A stretch of DNA of 248,000 nucleotides from Hyalangium minutum (GTDB taxonomy: Bacteria > Myxococcota > Myxococcia > Myxococcales > Myxococcaceae), in the NCBI RefSeq assembly GCF_000737315.1, contig NZ_JMCB01000005.1, positions 20,001 to 268,000 on the forward strand, written 5' to 3'. Shown piece after piece: positions 154,676 to 165,212 of the stretch (the first letter of the stretch is position 1; every line of letters begins with the position of its first letter). The notes beneath the pieces are model-generated. The model saw only the letters and a program-made list of their open reading frames with translations, made no database searches and was not told the origin of the DNA. The position numbers and the translations under genes are program-made.

Positions 154676-157360
154676 TTGCTCACCGCGCACAGAGCATTCT
154701 TCCAGACCATGTTCGTCGACCGCTGTCGTTGCGGGACCCTCTCTGGGACGGGCGCGGCCCGGCTTTTCCTTGTGGCCGGAGTGTTGCTCGCGGTGAGCGC
154801 GGGCGCCTACGAGGGGACGGGGGTCTCCCGGGAGAACCCGGATGCGGGGGTTCCGCAGCCTGCGCCCCAGCTTACGAAGGCGCCGGAGCTCCTCGAGTTC
154901 GTGGAGGCCACCTATCCGCCCGAGGCGCTCGCTCGAGGCGAGGGCGCGGAGGTGGCCTTCTTCATCGACATCGATGAGAACGGCCAGGTGACGCAGGCCG
155001 AGGTGACGCGCTCGGCGGGGCCGGAGTTCGACGCGGCGGCGCGCGAGGCGGTGCTGCGGCTGCGGTTCTCTCCGGCCGAGGTGGATGGGAAGCCCGCGCC
155101 GGTCCGCATCGAGTATGTCTACCACTTCGTGCCCAAGCCGCCGCCGCCGCCCGAGCCCACCGCGCCCGTGGAGCAGCCGGTGAACTTCAAGGGCCGGATT
155201 GTCGAGCGAGGAACGCGGGATCCAATTCCGAACGCCACGGTGTACCTGCCCGAGCAGGGCCTCACGGCGGAGACGGACGTGGAGGGGCGCTTCGAGCTGC
155301 GCGGGGTGACGCCTGGGAAGCTGAAGGTGGAGATCTCCGAGCCGAAGCACCGGAAGTTCCTCACCACCGAGGAGGTGAGGGAGGGCGAGGTGACGGAGCT
155401 GACCGCGTACCTCTGGAAGAAGCTGGAGAGCGGCTTCGAGACGGTGGTGACGGGGGCCCGGGAGAAGAAGGAGGTCGCCCGGCGCACGCTCCAGAAGCAG
155501 GAGCTCCAGAGCGTCCCTGGCACCTTCGGGGATCCGCTCCGCGTGCTGCAGAACATGCCCGGCATGGCGCGGGCGCCCTACATCTCGGGCGCGCTGCTCG
155601 TGCGAGGCGCCCAGCCGCAGGACACGCAGGTGATGATCGACGGGGTGCCCATTCCGCTGCTCTACCACTTCGCGGGGGGGCCTTCGGTGATCAACGCCTC
155701 GTTCATCGACCGGATCGACTTCTTCCCGGGAGCGTACGGGGCGAAGTACGGCCGGGCGCTCGCGGGCATCGTGGACGTGGGGACGCGGCCTCCGGAGCCC
155801 AAGCGCCTGCATGGCCTCGTCGACATCGACCTGCTGGACTCGGGCTTCTACCTGGAGGCGCCGCTGAGCTCGGAGAAGAACTACGGGTCGGTCGCGGTGG
155901 CGGCCCGGCGCAGCTACATCGACGTGCTGCTGCCGCCCATCCTGGAGGCCTTCCGCGAGCCCGGCCAGGCCTCGACCGTGGCCTCGCCGTACTACTGGGA
156001 CTACCAGGCACGCTACGACTTGAAGCTCGGGAAGGATCGGTTCGAGGTGGTCGCGTTCGGCTCGAGTGACCGGCTGGAGGTCTCCCAGAGCGGCTCGGAG
156101 GAGACCCAGCCCTTCTCGTTGGACACGTCCCAGGCCTTCCACCGGTTCCGGCTGGGCTGGAGCCGCCCGACCGAGTCCGGGTGGAAGCTGTCCCTGTCGC
156201 CCACCGTGGGCGTCACCCCGTTCAACTTCCGGATTGGGGATCAGTTCAAGGGGAGCATCACCTCGCGGGACGTGAACCTGAGAGGGGCCGCCGAGAAGGA
156301 GCTCGCCAAGGGGCTCTCCTTCGAGACGGGAGTGGACCTCAACGCCTCCTTCTATGACGTGCGCTTCGAGTTCCCTCAGGTGGCCAAGCCGGGCGAGGAG
156401 CCTCCTCCGCCCGTGGTCATCCAGGAGGACGTGAACGTGTCCACGTACGCGGCCTACGCCGAGGCGGTCTGGTCGCCCGTGGAGGCACTGAAGATCGTCC
156501 CGGGGCTCCGCTTCGAGGCCTACCACCTGCCCGGCGGGTGGCGCCCCTCGCTCGAGCCCCGGATTGCCACGCGCTACGCGGTGAACGACCGGCTCACGGC
156601 GAAGGCGGCGTTCGGCATCTTCCGGCAGGCGCCCCAGCCCAGCGAGATGGCGCCTCGGTTCGGCAACCCGGACCTGGGGCTGCTGCGGAGCCGGCAGACG
156701 GCGGGCGGCATCGAGTGGAAGTTCACTCAGGCGCTGCTGCTGGACCTGCAGGGCTTCTACAACTGGCGGGATCGGCTCGTGGTGTTCACTCAGGACTTCG
156801 TGGAGCGGGACGGCAAGCAGGAGCCCGAGCTCTATGACCACGATGGGAAGGGGCGGGCCTACGGCGTCGAGGTGCTGCTCAAGCACGAGCTCACCGAGCG
156901 CTTCTATGGATGGGTGGCCTACACGCTGTCCCGGTCCGTGCAGCTCGACGAGGACACGGGCACGTACGTGCCAGTCGAGTTCGATCAGTCGCACATCCTC
157001 ACGCTGGTGGGCTCTTACAAGCTGGACAGCGGCTGGGAGGTGGGGATGCGGTTCCGCCTCACGACGGGGCGGCCGGAGACGCCCATCACGGGCGGCACCT
157101 TCAACGCGGACACGGGCCGGTACTTCCCCGACGAGGGCAGGCCCGGCTCGGCGCGAGGCGCCACCTTCCACCAGCTGGATCTCCGCGCCGAGAAGCAATG
157201 GACGTTCGAGCGCTGGCGGCTGTCGGCGTACCTGGACGTGCAGAACATCTACAACGCCTCGAACCCGGAGGGGACGCTCTGGGACTACCGGTACCGCGAG
157301 AGCGCGCCGCTCCGAGGCCTTCCGCTGCTTCCCACCTTTGGCGTCAAGGGAGAGTTCTGA
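154676..157360 (+). CDS. TonB-dependent receptor with N-terminal TonB-C domain (myxobacterial type)
   Basis: YPPEA, PGTFGDPLR, HQLDLR, LPLLPTFG. Confidence 0.85.
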   Translation: MLTAHRAFFQTMFVDRCRCGTLSGTGAARLFLVAGVLLAVSAGAYEGTGVSRENPDAGVPQPAPQLTKAPELLEFVEATYPPEALARGEGAEVAFFIDIDENGQVTQAEVTRSAGPEFDAAAREAVLRLRFSPAEVDGKPAPVRIEYVYHFVPKPPPPPEPTAPVEQPVNFKGRIVERGTRDPIPNATVYLPEQGLTAETDVEGRFELRGVTPGKLKVEISEPKHRKFLTTEEVREGEVTELTAYLWKKLESGFETVVTGAREKKEVARRTLQKQELQSVPGTFGDPLRVLQNMPGMARAPYISGALLVRGAQPQDTQVMIDGVPIPLLYHFAGGPSVINASFIDRIDFFPGAYGAKYGRALAGIVDVGTRPPEPKRLHGLVDIDLLDSGFYLEAPLSSEKNYGSVAVAARRSYIDVLLPPILEAFREPGQASTVASPYYWDYQARYDLKLGKDRFEVVAFGSSDRLEVSQSGSEETQPFSLDTSQAFHRFRLGWSRPTESGWKLSLSPTVGVTPFNFRIGDQFKGSITSRDVNLRGAAEKELAKGLSFETGVDLNASFYDVRFEFPQVAKPGEEPPPPVVIQEDVNVSTYAAYAEAVWSPVEALKIVPGLRFEAYHLPGGWRPSLEPRIATRYAVNDRLTAKAAFGIFRQAPQPSEMAPRFGNPDLGLLRSRQTAGGIEWKFTQALLLDLQGFYNWRDRLVVFTQDFVERDGKQEPELYDHDGKGRAYGVEVLLKHELTERFYGWVAYTLSRSVQLDEDTGTYVPVEFDQSHILTLVGSYKLDSGWEVGMRFRLTTGRPETPITGGTFNADTGRYFPDEGRPGSARGATFHQLDLRAEKQWTFERWRLSAYLDVQNIYNASNPEGTLWDYRYRESAPLRGLPLLPTFGVKGEF

Positions 157361-158316
157361 TGCCTGCCCACCGGATGATGACCCTGTCCGTGCTCGTGTC
157401 GCTGACGGCCTGCTCCTATGACTTCGAGCGGTCGAGCGAGATCCGTGACCGCCGGATCCTCGCCGTGCAGATTGAGCCCCCCGAGGTGGCGGGTGGCGCT
157501 CCATTGCCGGAGGCCGTGCTGGCCCAGGCGCTGGTGGTGGATCCCGCGAATCCGCTGGCCGCTGTAGAGGTGAGCTGGCGCTCCTGCCTACGCCTGCCGA
157601 GGGCCGCTGCCGACGTGGGCGAGGCGGAGAACACCCGCTGCCCCGAGGACGAGAACACGGTCCTCCTCGGGAGCAGCTCGGCCGCCCTGGAGGCTGTCTC
157701 CCTGGGCGCTCCATTGCCTCCAGAGCTGGTGGGCCTGCTGGCCGCCGCGAGCGACGTGCCAGCGCCGCAGCTCCAGGTCCAGGTCGAGGTGAGCTCGGAG
157801 CCACAGCCGCTGGTGGCCGTGAAGCAGCTCACGGTGACCTCACGCCTGCCGGAGGGGCAGGAGCCCAACCGCAACCCCGTGCTTCAGAGGGTGACGCTGG
157901 ATGGCACGGACTGGCTCCCGGACACGCCGAGGACGCTCAAGTACGGCGACTGCCCGGACGAGGAGAAGAAGGAGGCCGAGGCCGACGATGGGAGCAGGGT
158001 GCTTGTCTGCGAGCACGACGTGGAGCCGTTCTTCGACGAGGAGACGCAGTCCCAGTTCTACGAGGAGCGTGGGTTCAGCGGGGAGCCGGAGCTGCAGCGA
158101 GAGATCCTCCGGTTCGCGTGGTTCACGGACGCGGGCTCCTTCCGGCGGAACAACACCCGGCAGTTCGACCCGAGAGACCCTTCCCCTGACAACGTAGGTC
158201 CGCAGAATAATTGGCGGGAACCTGCCACCAAGACCGAGCGAGCCACCCTCTGGCTGATCGTCCGCGACGGCCGGGGTGGCACCTCCTGGCTGCGCCGCGA
158301 GGTGATCTTCGAGTAG
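157360..158316 (+). CDS. Lipoprotein partner of the TonB receptor
   Basis: Lipobox; RILAV..EPPE, NRNP, VRDGRGG. Confidence 0.7.
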   Translation: MPAHRMMTLSVLVSLTACSYDFERSSEIRDRRILAVQIEPPEVAGGAPLPEAVLAQALVVDPANPLAAVEVSWRSCLRLPRAAADVGEAENTRCPEDENTVLLGSSSAALEAVSLGAPLPPELVGLLAAASDVPAPQLQVQVEVSSEPQPLVAVKQLTVTSRLPEGQEPNRNPVLQRVTLDGTDWLPDTPRTLKYGDCPDEEKKEAEADDGSRVLVCEHDVEPFFDEETQSQFYEERGFSGEPELQREILRFAWFTDAGSFRRNNTRQFDPRDPSPDNVGPQNNWREPATKTERATLWLIVRDGRGGTSWLRREVIFE

Positions 158317-158348
158317 CCGGTCTCCCCACCTTGAAATCGTGTTTTGTG

Positions 158349-158378
158349 GACACTAAGTTAGTGTCAAAGAGACACGAA
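158349..158378. promoter_or_regulatory. NrtR-like operator palindromes
   Basis: GACACTAA-G-TTAGTGTC and GTGTC-N5-GACAC. Confidence 0.55.
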
Positions 158379-158393
158379 AGGAGGGTGGGAGCC

Positions 158394-159395
158394 ATGCCCA
158401 TCCGGTACATCAAGGCGGCGCCGACGACGTACGTCATCCAGTTCCAAGACGGGAAGGTGAGGCGGGAGGGGCCGGGGTTGTCGTTCCTGTACTGGGCGCC
158501 GACGACGACGCTGGTGGCGGTGCCGCTGGCCAGCGCGGACGTGCCCTTCGTGTTCAACGAGGTGACGAAGGACTTCCAGGCGGTGACGCTGCAGGGGCAG
158601 CTCACGTACCGTGTGGCGGATCCGAAGCGGCTGGCCTCGCTGCTGGACTACTCCATCACTCCGGGGGGCAAGTACCTCTCGAACGACCCGGAGAAGCTGG
158701 AGGAGCGGTTGGTGCAGGTGGCGCAGGTGCGTGCGCGCACGGTGGTTCAGGGCATGGACCTGCGCGAGGTGCTGGTGCGCTCGGAGGTGGTGGAGGCGCA
158801 GGTGCTGGCGGCGCTGGGGGCCACGGAGGCCATCCGCATGCTGGGCGTGGAGGTGATGGGCTTCTCGCTGCTGTCGGTGCGGCCCACGCCGGAGATGTCC
158901 CGGGCGCTCGAGGCCGAGGCCCGCGAGGGCCTGCAGCGCCGTGCGGACGAGGCCATCTACTCGCGCCGCAACGCCGCGGTGGAGCAGGAGCGCCGCATCA
159001 AGGAGAGCGAGCTGTCCACGGAGCTGGCGGTGGAGGAGAAGCGTCGGCAGATCCGCGAGGCGCAGATGGCGGCGGACATCGCGGTGGAGGAGCAGCGCGC
159101 CGCGCTCATGGCGCGCTGGACGGAGAACGAGCGCCATGCCGCTGACGCGCGCGCCTACGCTCTGGAGAAGGTGTTGGCGCCCGTGCGCGGGGTGGACTGG
159201 AAGACGCTCATGGCGGCCAACGGAGGAGGGAACGACCCGAAGCTGAACATCGCCCTGGCGTTCCGGGAGATGGCGGAGAACGCGGGGAAGATCGGCGAGC
159301 TGAACATGTCGCCGGAGCTGCTGAGCGGGCTGCTGGGGCCCACGCAGAAGGAGCCCGCCTCCGAGCCGCAGCAGCGCACGCGGGGCAACCGGTGA
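158394..159395 (+). CDS. SPFH domain protein
   Basis: DFQAVTLQGQLTYR, AIYSRRN. Confidence 0.82.
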   Translation: MPIRYIKAAPTTYVIQFQDGKVRREGPGLSFLYWAPTTTLVAVPLASADVPFVFNEVTKDFQAVTLQGQLTYRVADPKRLASLLDYSITPGGKYLSNDPEKLEERLVQVAQVRARTVVQGMDLREVLVRSEVVEAQVLAALGATEAIRMLGVEVMGFSLLSVRPTPEMSRALEAEAREGLQRRADEAIYSRRNAAVEQERRIKESELSTELAVEEKRRQIREAQMAADIAVEEQRAALMARWTENERHAADARAYALEKVLAPVRGVDWKTLMAANGGGNDPKLNIALAFREMAENAGKIGELNMSPELLSGLLGPTQKEPASEPQQRTRGNR

Positions 159396-159402
159396 GGGCG
159401 CC

Positions 159403-160323
159403 ATGTTCGAGAAGATCATCCTCGTCACGAGGAAGACGCGGCTGGAGGAGCTCGTCGAGCGGCTGAACACCCGCGCCCAGGCGCGCTTCTACCTGGAGCA
159501 CGCCGGGCAGGACTTCGAGGACTACGCGCGCGAGGACGACGCCTACCGCCGGGCCTTGGACGGGCTGCACGGCGCGCTGTCGCTGGGGCTGCCGGTGCAG
159601 CAGGTGGATCGCTCACTGGTGCCCACCTTCCTCTTCAGCGGCAAGGAGGTGGTGGTGGCGGTGGGGCAGGACGGGCTGGTGGCCAACGTGGCCAAGTACG
159701 TGGGCGGCCAGCCGCTGGTGGGCGTGAACCCGGACCTCTCGCGCTTCGATGGAGTGCTGCTGCCCTTCGGTGTGACGGGTGCGCGCGCGGCGGTGCGCAA
159801 GACGCTGGAGGGCAAGGCGAGCGTTCGCGAGGTCACCCTGGCGGAGGTACGCCTCCAGGATGGGCAGCGGCTGCTGGCCTTCAATGACCTGTTCCTCGGG
159901 GCGCGCACGCACGTCTCCGCCCGCTACACGCTGCGCTATGGGGACACGGCCGAGCCCCAGTCCTCCAGCGGAGTGGTCGTCTCCACCGGTGCGGGCTCCA
160001 GCGGGTGGCTCTCGTCCATCTTCAACCTGGCCCGGGGGATCACGGAGAGCACGGGCGGCGTGCCCGGGAGCGCGTGGCGCATGGGCTGGGAAGACCCTCG
160101 GCTGGCCTTCGTGGTGCGCGAGCCCTTCATCAGCCGCCACTCCTCGGCCCGCCTCATCAGCGGCTTCGTCACCGCCGAGCACGAGCTGGTGCTGGAGTCC
160201 CGCATGCCCTCGGGCGGCGTCATCTTCAGTGATGGTGTCGAGGAGGACTTCCTGGCCTTCAGCGCGGGGGCCACCGCTCACATCCGCCCGGCGGCCCAAC
160301 GCGCCCGGCTCGTGGTTCCATGA
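159403..160323 (+). CDS. NAD kinase-like protein
   Basis: VGQDGL, FNDLF, SSG..VSTGAGSSGW. Confidence 0.75.
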   Translation: MFEKIILVTRKTRLEELVERLNTRAQARFYLEHAGQDFEDYAREDDAYRRALDGLHGALSLGLPVQQVDRSLVPTFLFSGKEVVVAVGQDGLVANVAKYVGGQPLVGVNPDLSRFDGVLLPFGVTGARAAVRKTLEGKASVREVTLAEVRLQDGQRLLAFNDLFLGARTHVSARYTLRYGDTAEPQSSSGVVVSTGAGSSGWLSSIFNLARGITESTGGVPGSAWRMGWEDPRLAFVVREPFISRHSSARLISGFVTAEHELVLESRMPSGGVIFSDGVEEDFLAFSAGATAHIRPAAQRARLVVP

Positions 160324-160631
160324 GAGCCGTCAGGCTGCTTGCCCGACGGCCAGACGCCCGTCAACCCCCTGAAAATCGGCCTCGCCTGCACCTCCGGCCC
160401 TGTCGGGGCATCTCATGAATATGGGAGGCTGGGGATGCTTCCCCGTCCGGTGGGCAAAGGCGCCCTGCCTCTCCGGGCGAGGAATTGTGGGCGTGGAGCC
160501 TGGATCAGGCTTACCTTTAGGGAGAGTAGGGTAGGCTGGAGCATGTCACGGGACGCGGAACGTTTCACCGGAGTTGCACGTCGTAGAATTCAGGCGTAGG
160601 ACGCAATTCCGGGGGGTGGTGAGGAGTGAAT

Positions 160632-161054
160632 ATGGTCGGCCTCGTCGTCGCATCTCACGGGCGTCTAGCGGAAGAGCTGGTAGCCACCGCCGAGCAGATC
160701 GTCGGCAAGCTGCCCGCAGTGGCTACGTGCAACATCGAGCCGGGGACGTCCGTCGAGGACCTCCGGATGAAGATGAAGCAGGCCGTGGCCAAGGTCGATG
160801 ACGGGGAAGGCGTCATCGTCATGGCCGACCTCTTTGGAGGCACTCCTTGTAAGGAATCCCTGATGATGTGTCAGCGGGGCAATCTCGAAGTGCTCGCTGG
160901 CGTGAACCTCCCGATGATTCTCAAGGCCAACTCCCTGCGTGGCGAGCACTTGCCGCTGGCGGAGATGGCCTCCTTGCTGGCCTCGCACGGCCAGCGCAAC
161001 ATCACCTGCGCATCCGCCCTGCTTCGCGAAGCTCAGCAGTCATCTCGAACTTGA
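160632..161054 (+). CDS. PTS mannose-family IIA
   Basis: VASHG, DLFGGTP, GVNLPM. Confidence 0.88.
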   Translation: MVGLVVASHGRLAEELVATAEQIVGKLPAVATCNIEPGTSVEDLRMKMKQAVAKVDDGEGVIVMADLFGGTPCKESLMMCQRGNLEVLAGVNLPMILKANSLRGEHLPLAEMASLLASHGQRNITCASALLREAQQSSRT

Positions 161055-161087
161055 CGCGGAGCCGCTCGTCGGCGATTCGAGGCAGCC

Positions 161088-161573
161088 GTGATCACCCTGG
161101 TTCGGGTCGACAACCGCCTCATTCATGGACAGGTCGTGGAGGCCTGGCTGCCGCACCTCAAGGTGCAGCGCGTCGTCGTGGCCGATGACGAGGCCGCCTC
161201 CAGCCCGCTCATCCGTGCCGCCATGGCGCTGGCGATCCAAAGTGCCATTGAAGTGCAGATTCAGCCGCTGGCGCAGGTGGACTTCGTCGCGCTGACGAAG
161301 GACGGCGTGCGCACCCTGGTGCTGCTGAGGGACGTGGCGGCCGTGCCATTTGCCTACGCGCATGGGCTGACGCTGGACCACCTGAACCTGGGCAACGTGC
161401 ACTTCGGTGCGGGCCGCCGGCAGGTGTCGCCCTCCGTCTTCTTGGCGGAGGCGGAGGTCCAGGCGCTCCAGGGGCTGGCGGACAAGGGCGTCCGGGTCGA
161501 GGCCCGCGCGGTGCCCTCCGAGAAGGCCGTGGAGCTGGGAGAGCTGACCGAGCGCTGGACAAAGGGCGGGTGA
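161088..161573 (+). CDS. PTS mannose-family IIB
   Basis: RVDNRLIHGQV. Confidence 0.9.
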   Translation: MITLVRVDNRLIHGQVVEAWLPHLKVQRVVVADDEAASSPLIRAAMALAIQSAIEVQIQPLAQVDFVALTKDGVRTLVLLRDVAAVPFAYAHGLTLDHLNLGNVHFGAGRRQVSPSVFLAEAEVQALQGLADKGVRVEARAVPSEKAVELGELTERWTKGG

Positions 161574-161577
161574 CCCT

Positions 161578-162294
161578 GTGAGCGTGGGCTGGACCCAGGT
161601 TCTGCTCGCGTTCTTGTGGGGCGGCCTCGTCGCCGTGGAGCGCAAGGCGTTCCTCCAGGCGATGCTCTCCCGGCCGCTGGCCTCCGCGACCGTGATGGGG
161701 CTGCTGCTGGGAGACCTGCGCGCGGGCCTCTTCATCGGCATGCTGCTGGAGCTGTTCTACCTGGGCACCGCGAACCTGGGCGCCGCGCTGCCGGAGAATG
161801 ACACCGTGTCGGCCACGGGCACGGCGGCGGCGGCGGCCACCATGGCGGCGGCCACGGGCGCGGGCTCGACGCAGGCGCTCTGGTCCGTGGCCATCCTGCT
161901 CTTCCTGCCGCTGGGCCGGGCGGGGCGCATCGCGGACCGCATGCTGGAGGGCTACATGGCGCGGCTGGCGCGGGTGGCCCTGGCCTCGGCCGAGGCGGGC
162001 AACCTCTCTCGCGCGGTGCGGCAGAACCTCTGGGGCATGTGGCCTCACTTCCTCGTGTACGGGCTGGTGGCGGCGCTGTGCGCGCTGCTCGGCTTCTTCC
162101 TCGGGCCACTGGTGGAGCGGCTGCCGTTGGACTTGCTGCGCGGGCTGGCGTGGGCCTTCCCGGCAATGGCCTCGGTGGCGGCGGCGCTGGCGGCGCAGGG
162201 CAGCCATGCGAAGCGGGCTCCGCTGTACGCGGGGCTGGGCGCCACGGTGGTGACGTTGCTGGTCATCCTGTTTACCCTCCAGGAGGGCCGGTGA
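161578..162294 (+). CDS. PTS mannose-family IIC
   Basis: SRPL, LELFYLG, GAALP. Confidence 0.85.
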   Translation: MSVGWTQVLLAFLWGGLVAVERKAFLQAMLSRPLASATVMGLLLGDLRAGLFIGMLLELFYLGTANLGAALPENDTVSATGTAAAAATMAAATGAGSTQALWSVAILLFLPLGRAGRIADRMLEGYMARLARVALASAEAGNLSRAVRQNLWGMWPHFLVYGLVAALCALLGFFLGPLVERLPLDLLRGLAWAFPAMASVAAALAAQGSHAKRAPLYAGLGATVVTLLVILFTLQEGR

Positions 162295-163061
162295 GCACGA
162301 CCGACCCCACCACCCTCGGCCGGACCGTGCTGCTTCGGGTGCTGCTGCGCTCACTGGCGCTGCAGGCCTCGTGGAACCCCAAGGGCATGCAGAACCTGGG
162401 GCTGGCGTACGCGCTCTTCCCGGCGCTGGAGCAGCTCTACCCGGACAAGAAGGCGCAGGAGGCCGCGGTGCAGCGGCACCTGGTCTTCTTCAACACGCAC
162501 CCATACGTGGCGGCGGCGATTGTGGGCGGGGTGCTCTACCACGAGCAGCGCATTGCCCGGGGCGAGGAGCCACCGGACAAGGTGGTGGCCTTCAAGGCGG
162601 CGCTCATGGGGCCGCTGGCGGCGCTGGGGGATGGGTTCTTCTGGCTCTCGCTGAAGCCGGCCGTGGGGGCCATATGCGCCGCCCTGGTGCCCGTGCTGCA
162701 TGCGTGGGCCGTGGTGCTCTTCCTGTTCCTCTACAACTTCGTGCACTTCACGCTGCGCGCCCGCTTCTATTGGATGGGCCTCACGCTGGGCGACAGATTG
162801 GTGGAGGCGATTGCCCGTGCCAACCTGCCCACGCGGGGGGCTCGGCTCCGCTCGGTGGCGGCGGCGTGCGCGGGGGGCCTGGCTGCGTGGCTCGCGGTGG
162901 ACCTGGGGAAGACGGCGGGCGGGGACCATGCGCCTTGGCTGGTGGCGGGCTGCCTGGTCTTGGGGGTTGCGTCCTACGTGCTCGTTCAACAGCGGGTGCC
163001 CAATTACGTCGTGCTGTACCTTGCCGCGGGGCTGGCGTGCGCGGCGGGAGCCTTTCTCTAG
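162291..163061 (+). CDS. PTS mannose-family IID
   Basis: SWNPKGMQ, FFNTHP, GPLAALGD. Confidence 0.9.
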   Translation: MSTTDPTTLGRTVLLRVLLRSLALQASWNPKGMQNLGLAYALFPALEQLYPDKKAQEAAVQRHLVFFNTHPYVAAAIVGGVLYHEQRIARGEEPPDKVVAFKAALMGPLAALGDGFFWLSLKPAVGAICAALVPVLHAWAVVLFLFLYNFVHFTLRARFYWMGLTLGDRLVEAIARANLPTRGARLRSVAAACAGGLAAWLAVDLGKTAGGDHAPWLVAGCLVLGVASYVLVQQRVPNYVVLYLAAGLACAAGAFL

Positions 163062-163085
163062 TGAAGCGGGAGTGTGAAGCCGCCC

Positions 163086-163364
163086 ATGGCCAACGTCGCT
163101 GAAGCCACTTTCGAGATCATCAACGAGCTGGGGCTGCACGCCCGGGCAGCTGCACAGCTCGTCAAGGTGGCCAACCGGTTCAAGTGTGAGACGCTCATCG
163201 AGCACCAAGGTCAGCGGGCCAACGCCAAGTCCATCATGGGTGTGCTCATGTTGGCGGCGGGGCAGGGCTCCATGGTGAAGCTCTCCTGCAAGGGCGAGGA
163301 CGCGGACAAGTGTCTGGCGGAGATTGGCAAGCTGATTGCCGACCGCTTTGGAGAGGGCAAGTAG
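163086..163364 (+). CDS. ptsH: Phosphocarrier HPr
   Basis: GLHARAA, AKSIMGV. Confidence 0.92.
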   Translation: MANVAEATFEIINELGLHARAAAQLVKVANRFKCETLIEHQGQRANAKSIMGVLMLAAGQGSMVKLSCKGEDADKCLAEIGKLIADRFGEGK

Positions 163365-163397
163365 CGCGGCAAGAGAGGATGAGGTGAACGAACGACC

Positions 163398-165164
163398 GTG
163401 AGCACACCAGGAACCCCCACGCTGAACTTGAAAGGCATCGGCGCCTCGCCGGGCGTCGCGGTGGGGCACGCGTTCATCCTGGATCGCAAGCGGGTGCGCA
163501 CCCCGAAGCTGCGGCTGGCTGAGGCCGAGGTGGAGCCCGAGCGCATGCGCATGCGCACGGCCCTGGAGCTGTCGGACCGGCAGCTGGCAGAGCTCAAGGA
163601 GCAAATCACCCGCTCCGAGGGGCATGACCACGCGCTCATCCTCGAGGCGCACCGGCTGATGCTCCTCGATCCGATGCTCGTGGATGAGGTGGACAAGCTC
163701 ATCGTCGAGGATCGCATCAACGCCGAGTGGGCGGTGCGGCGGGTGGCGCGCAAGCTCAAGCACCTGTTCGACAACATCCCGGACGAGTACTTCCGTGAGC
163801 GGCGCTCGGACGTGGACTACGTGGCGGACCGGGTGGTGCGCAACCTGATGGGGCAGGTGGTGGACGAGGAGGTGGAGATCCCCGCCGAGGCCATCGTGGT
163901 GGCGCACGACTTGTCGCCCTCGGACGCGGCGATGATGGCGCGCAGCGGGCGGGTGGCGGGCTTCGTCACGGACCTGGGCGGCCAGACGAGCCACACGGCC
164001 ATCGTGGCGCGCGCCCGGGAGACGCCCGCGGTGGTGGGCGCGGGGAAGGCGAGCGAGCAGATCTCCCCGGGAGACCTGGTGGCGCTGGACGGTGCCAGCG
164101 GCGTGATCCTGGTGAACCCGACGCCAGACCAGCTGGCGCTGTTCCGCGAGGCGCAGCGGGTGCAGCAGCAGAGCGAGCAACTGGCGCTGCGCACCAAGGA
164201 TCTGCCGGCCACGAGCGTGGACGGGTTCCGGATCCGGCTGAACGGGAACATGGAGTTCCTGGAGGAGATCCCCTCGCTGCTGGCGCACGGAGCGGAGGGG
164301 ATCGGCCTGTACCGCACGGAGTTCATGTTCCTGGACCGGAAGAACGTGCCCTCGGAGGAGGAGCACTACCGGGCGTACAAGCAGGTGCTGGAGGCGATGG
164401 GCGGGCGGCCGGTGACGATCCGCACGTTGGATCTGGGCGGGGACAAGGTCCCGAGCAAGGCGAAACACGAGAAGGAGCCGAACCCGGCGATGGGCCTGCG
164501 GGCCATCCGGTACTGCCTGGCGAACCGGGAGCTGTTCCGGACGCAGCTGCGGGCGCTGCTGCGGGCGAGCGCGCACGGGAACCTGCGGCTGATGTTCCCG
164601 CTGATCAGCGGCATGAGCGAGCTGCGCGAGGCGCGCTCGGAGCTGGAGGCGTGCCGCACGGAGCTGAGCCGGGCGGGAGTGCCCATGGGCAAGCGGTTCC
164701 CGGTGGGCATCATGGTGGAGACGCCGAGCGCGGCGCTCATTGCGGACCGGCTGGCGCAGGAGGCGGAGTTCTTCTCGGTGGGGACGAACGACCTCATCCA
164801 ATACACGCTGGCGATCGACCGCCAGAACCGGGAGGTCGCGTATCTCTACAAGCCGCTGCACCTCTCGGTGCTGCGCTCGATCCAGAACATCGTCGGGGCG
164901 GCGAAGGCGGCGGGGATTCCAGTGTCCATGTGCGGCGAGATGGGGGGAGACCCCATCTACGCGCTGGTGTTGTTGGCGCTGGGGTTCGACGAGCTGTCGA
165001 TGACGGCGGGGCAGATCCCGGTGGTGAAGAACATCCTGCGCAGCGCGAGCCGCGCGGAGGCGCAGGCCCTGCTCAACTCGGCCATGGAGCTGACGACGGC
165101 CGAGGAGATCGAGCGCTATATCCGCACGGAGATGGAGCGGCGCTTCATCTCCGCGGAGCCGTGA
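163398..165164 (+). CDS. ptsI: PTS enzyme I
   Basis: TSHTAI, GLYRTEF, GTNDL, CGE. Confidence 0.93.
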   Translation: MSTPGTPTLNLKGIGASPGVAVGHAFILDRKRVRTPKLRLAEAEVEPERMRMRTALELSDRQLAELKEQITRSEGHDHALILEAHRLMLLDPMLVDEVDKLIVEDRINAEWAVRRVARKLKHLFDNIPDEYFRERRSDVDYVADRVVRNLMGQVVDEEVEIPAEAIVVAHDLSPSDAAMMARSGRVAGFVTDLGGQTSHTAIVARARETPAVVGAGKASEQISPGDLVALDGASGVILVNPTPDQLALFREAQRVQQQSEQLALRTKDLPATSVDGFRIRLNGNMEFLEEIPSLLAHGAEGIGLYRTEFMFLDRKNVPSEEEHYRAYKQVLEAMGGRPVTIRTLDLGGDKVPSKAKHEKEPNPAMGLRAIRYCLANRELFRTQLRALLRASAHGNLRLMFPLISGMSELREARSELEACRTELSRAGVPMGKRFPVGIMVETPSAALIADRLAQEAEFFSVGTNDLIQYTLAIDRQNREVAYLYKPLHLSVLRSIQNIVGAAKAAGIPVSMCGEMGGDPIYALVLLALGFDELSMTAGQIPVVKNILRSASRAEAQALLNSAMELTTAEEIERYIRTEMERRFISAEP

Positions 165165-165212
165165 ACCACGCGCCCACCCTGTTCATCCAGGATGGGCGCT
165201 GGGTGGGGGCTC

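Noticed and set aside
153926-157804. Very long antisense ORFs (also 171380-175255, 76298-79969, 199829-203017, 15240-18158, 224728-227538, 723-2339)
   Set aside because: Shadow frames opposite well-supported genes; expected in high-GC DNA; Arg/Pro/Ala-rich with no motifs
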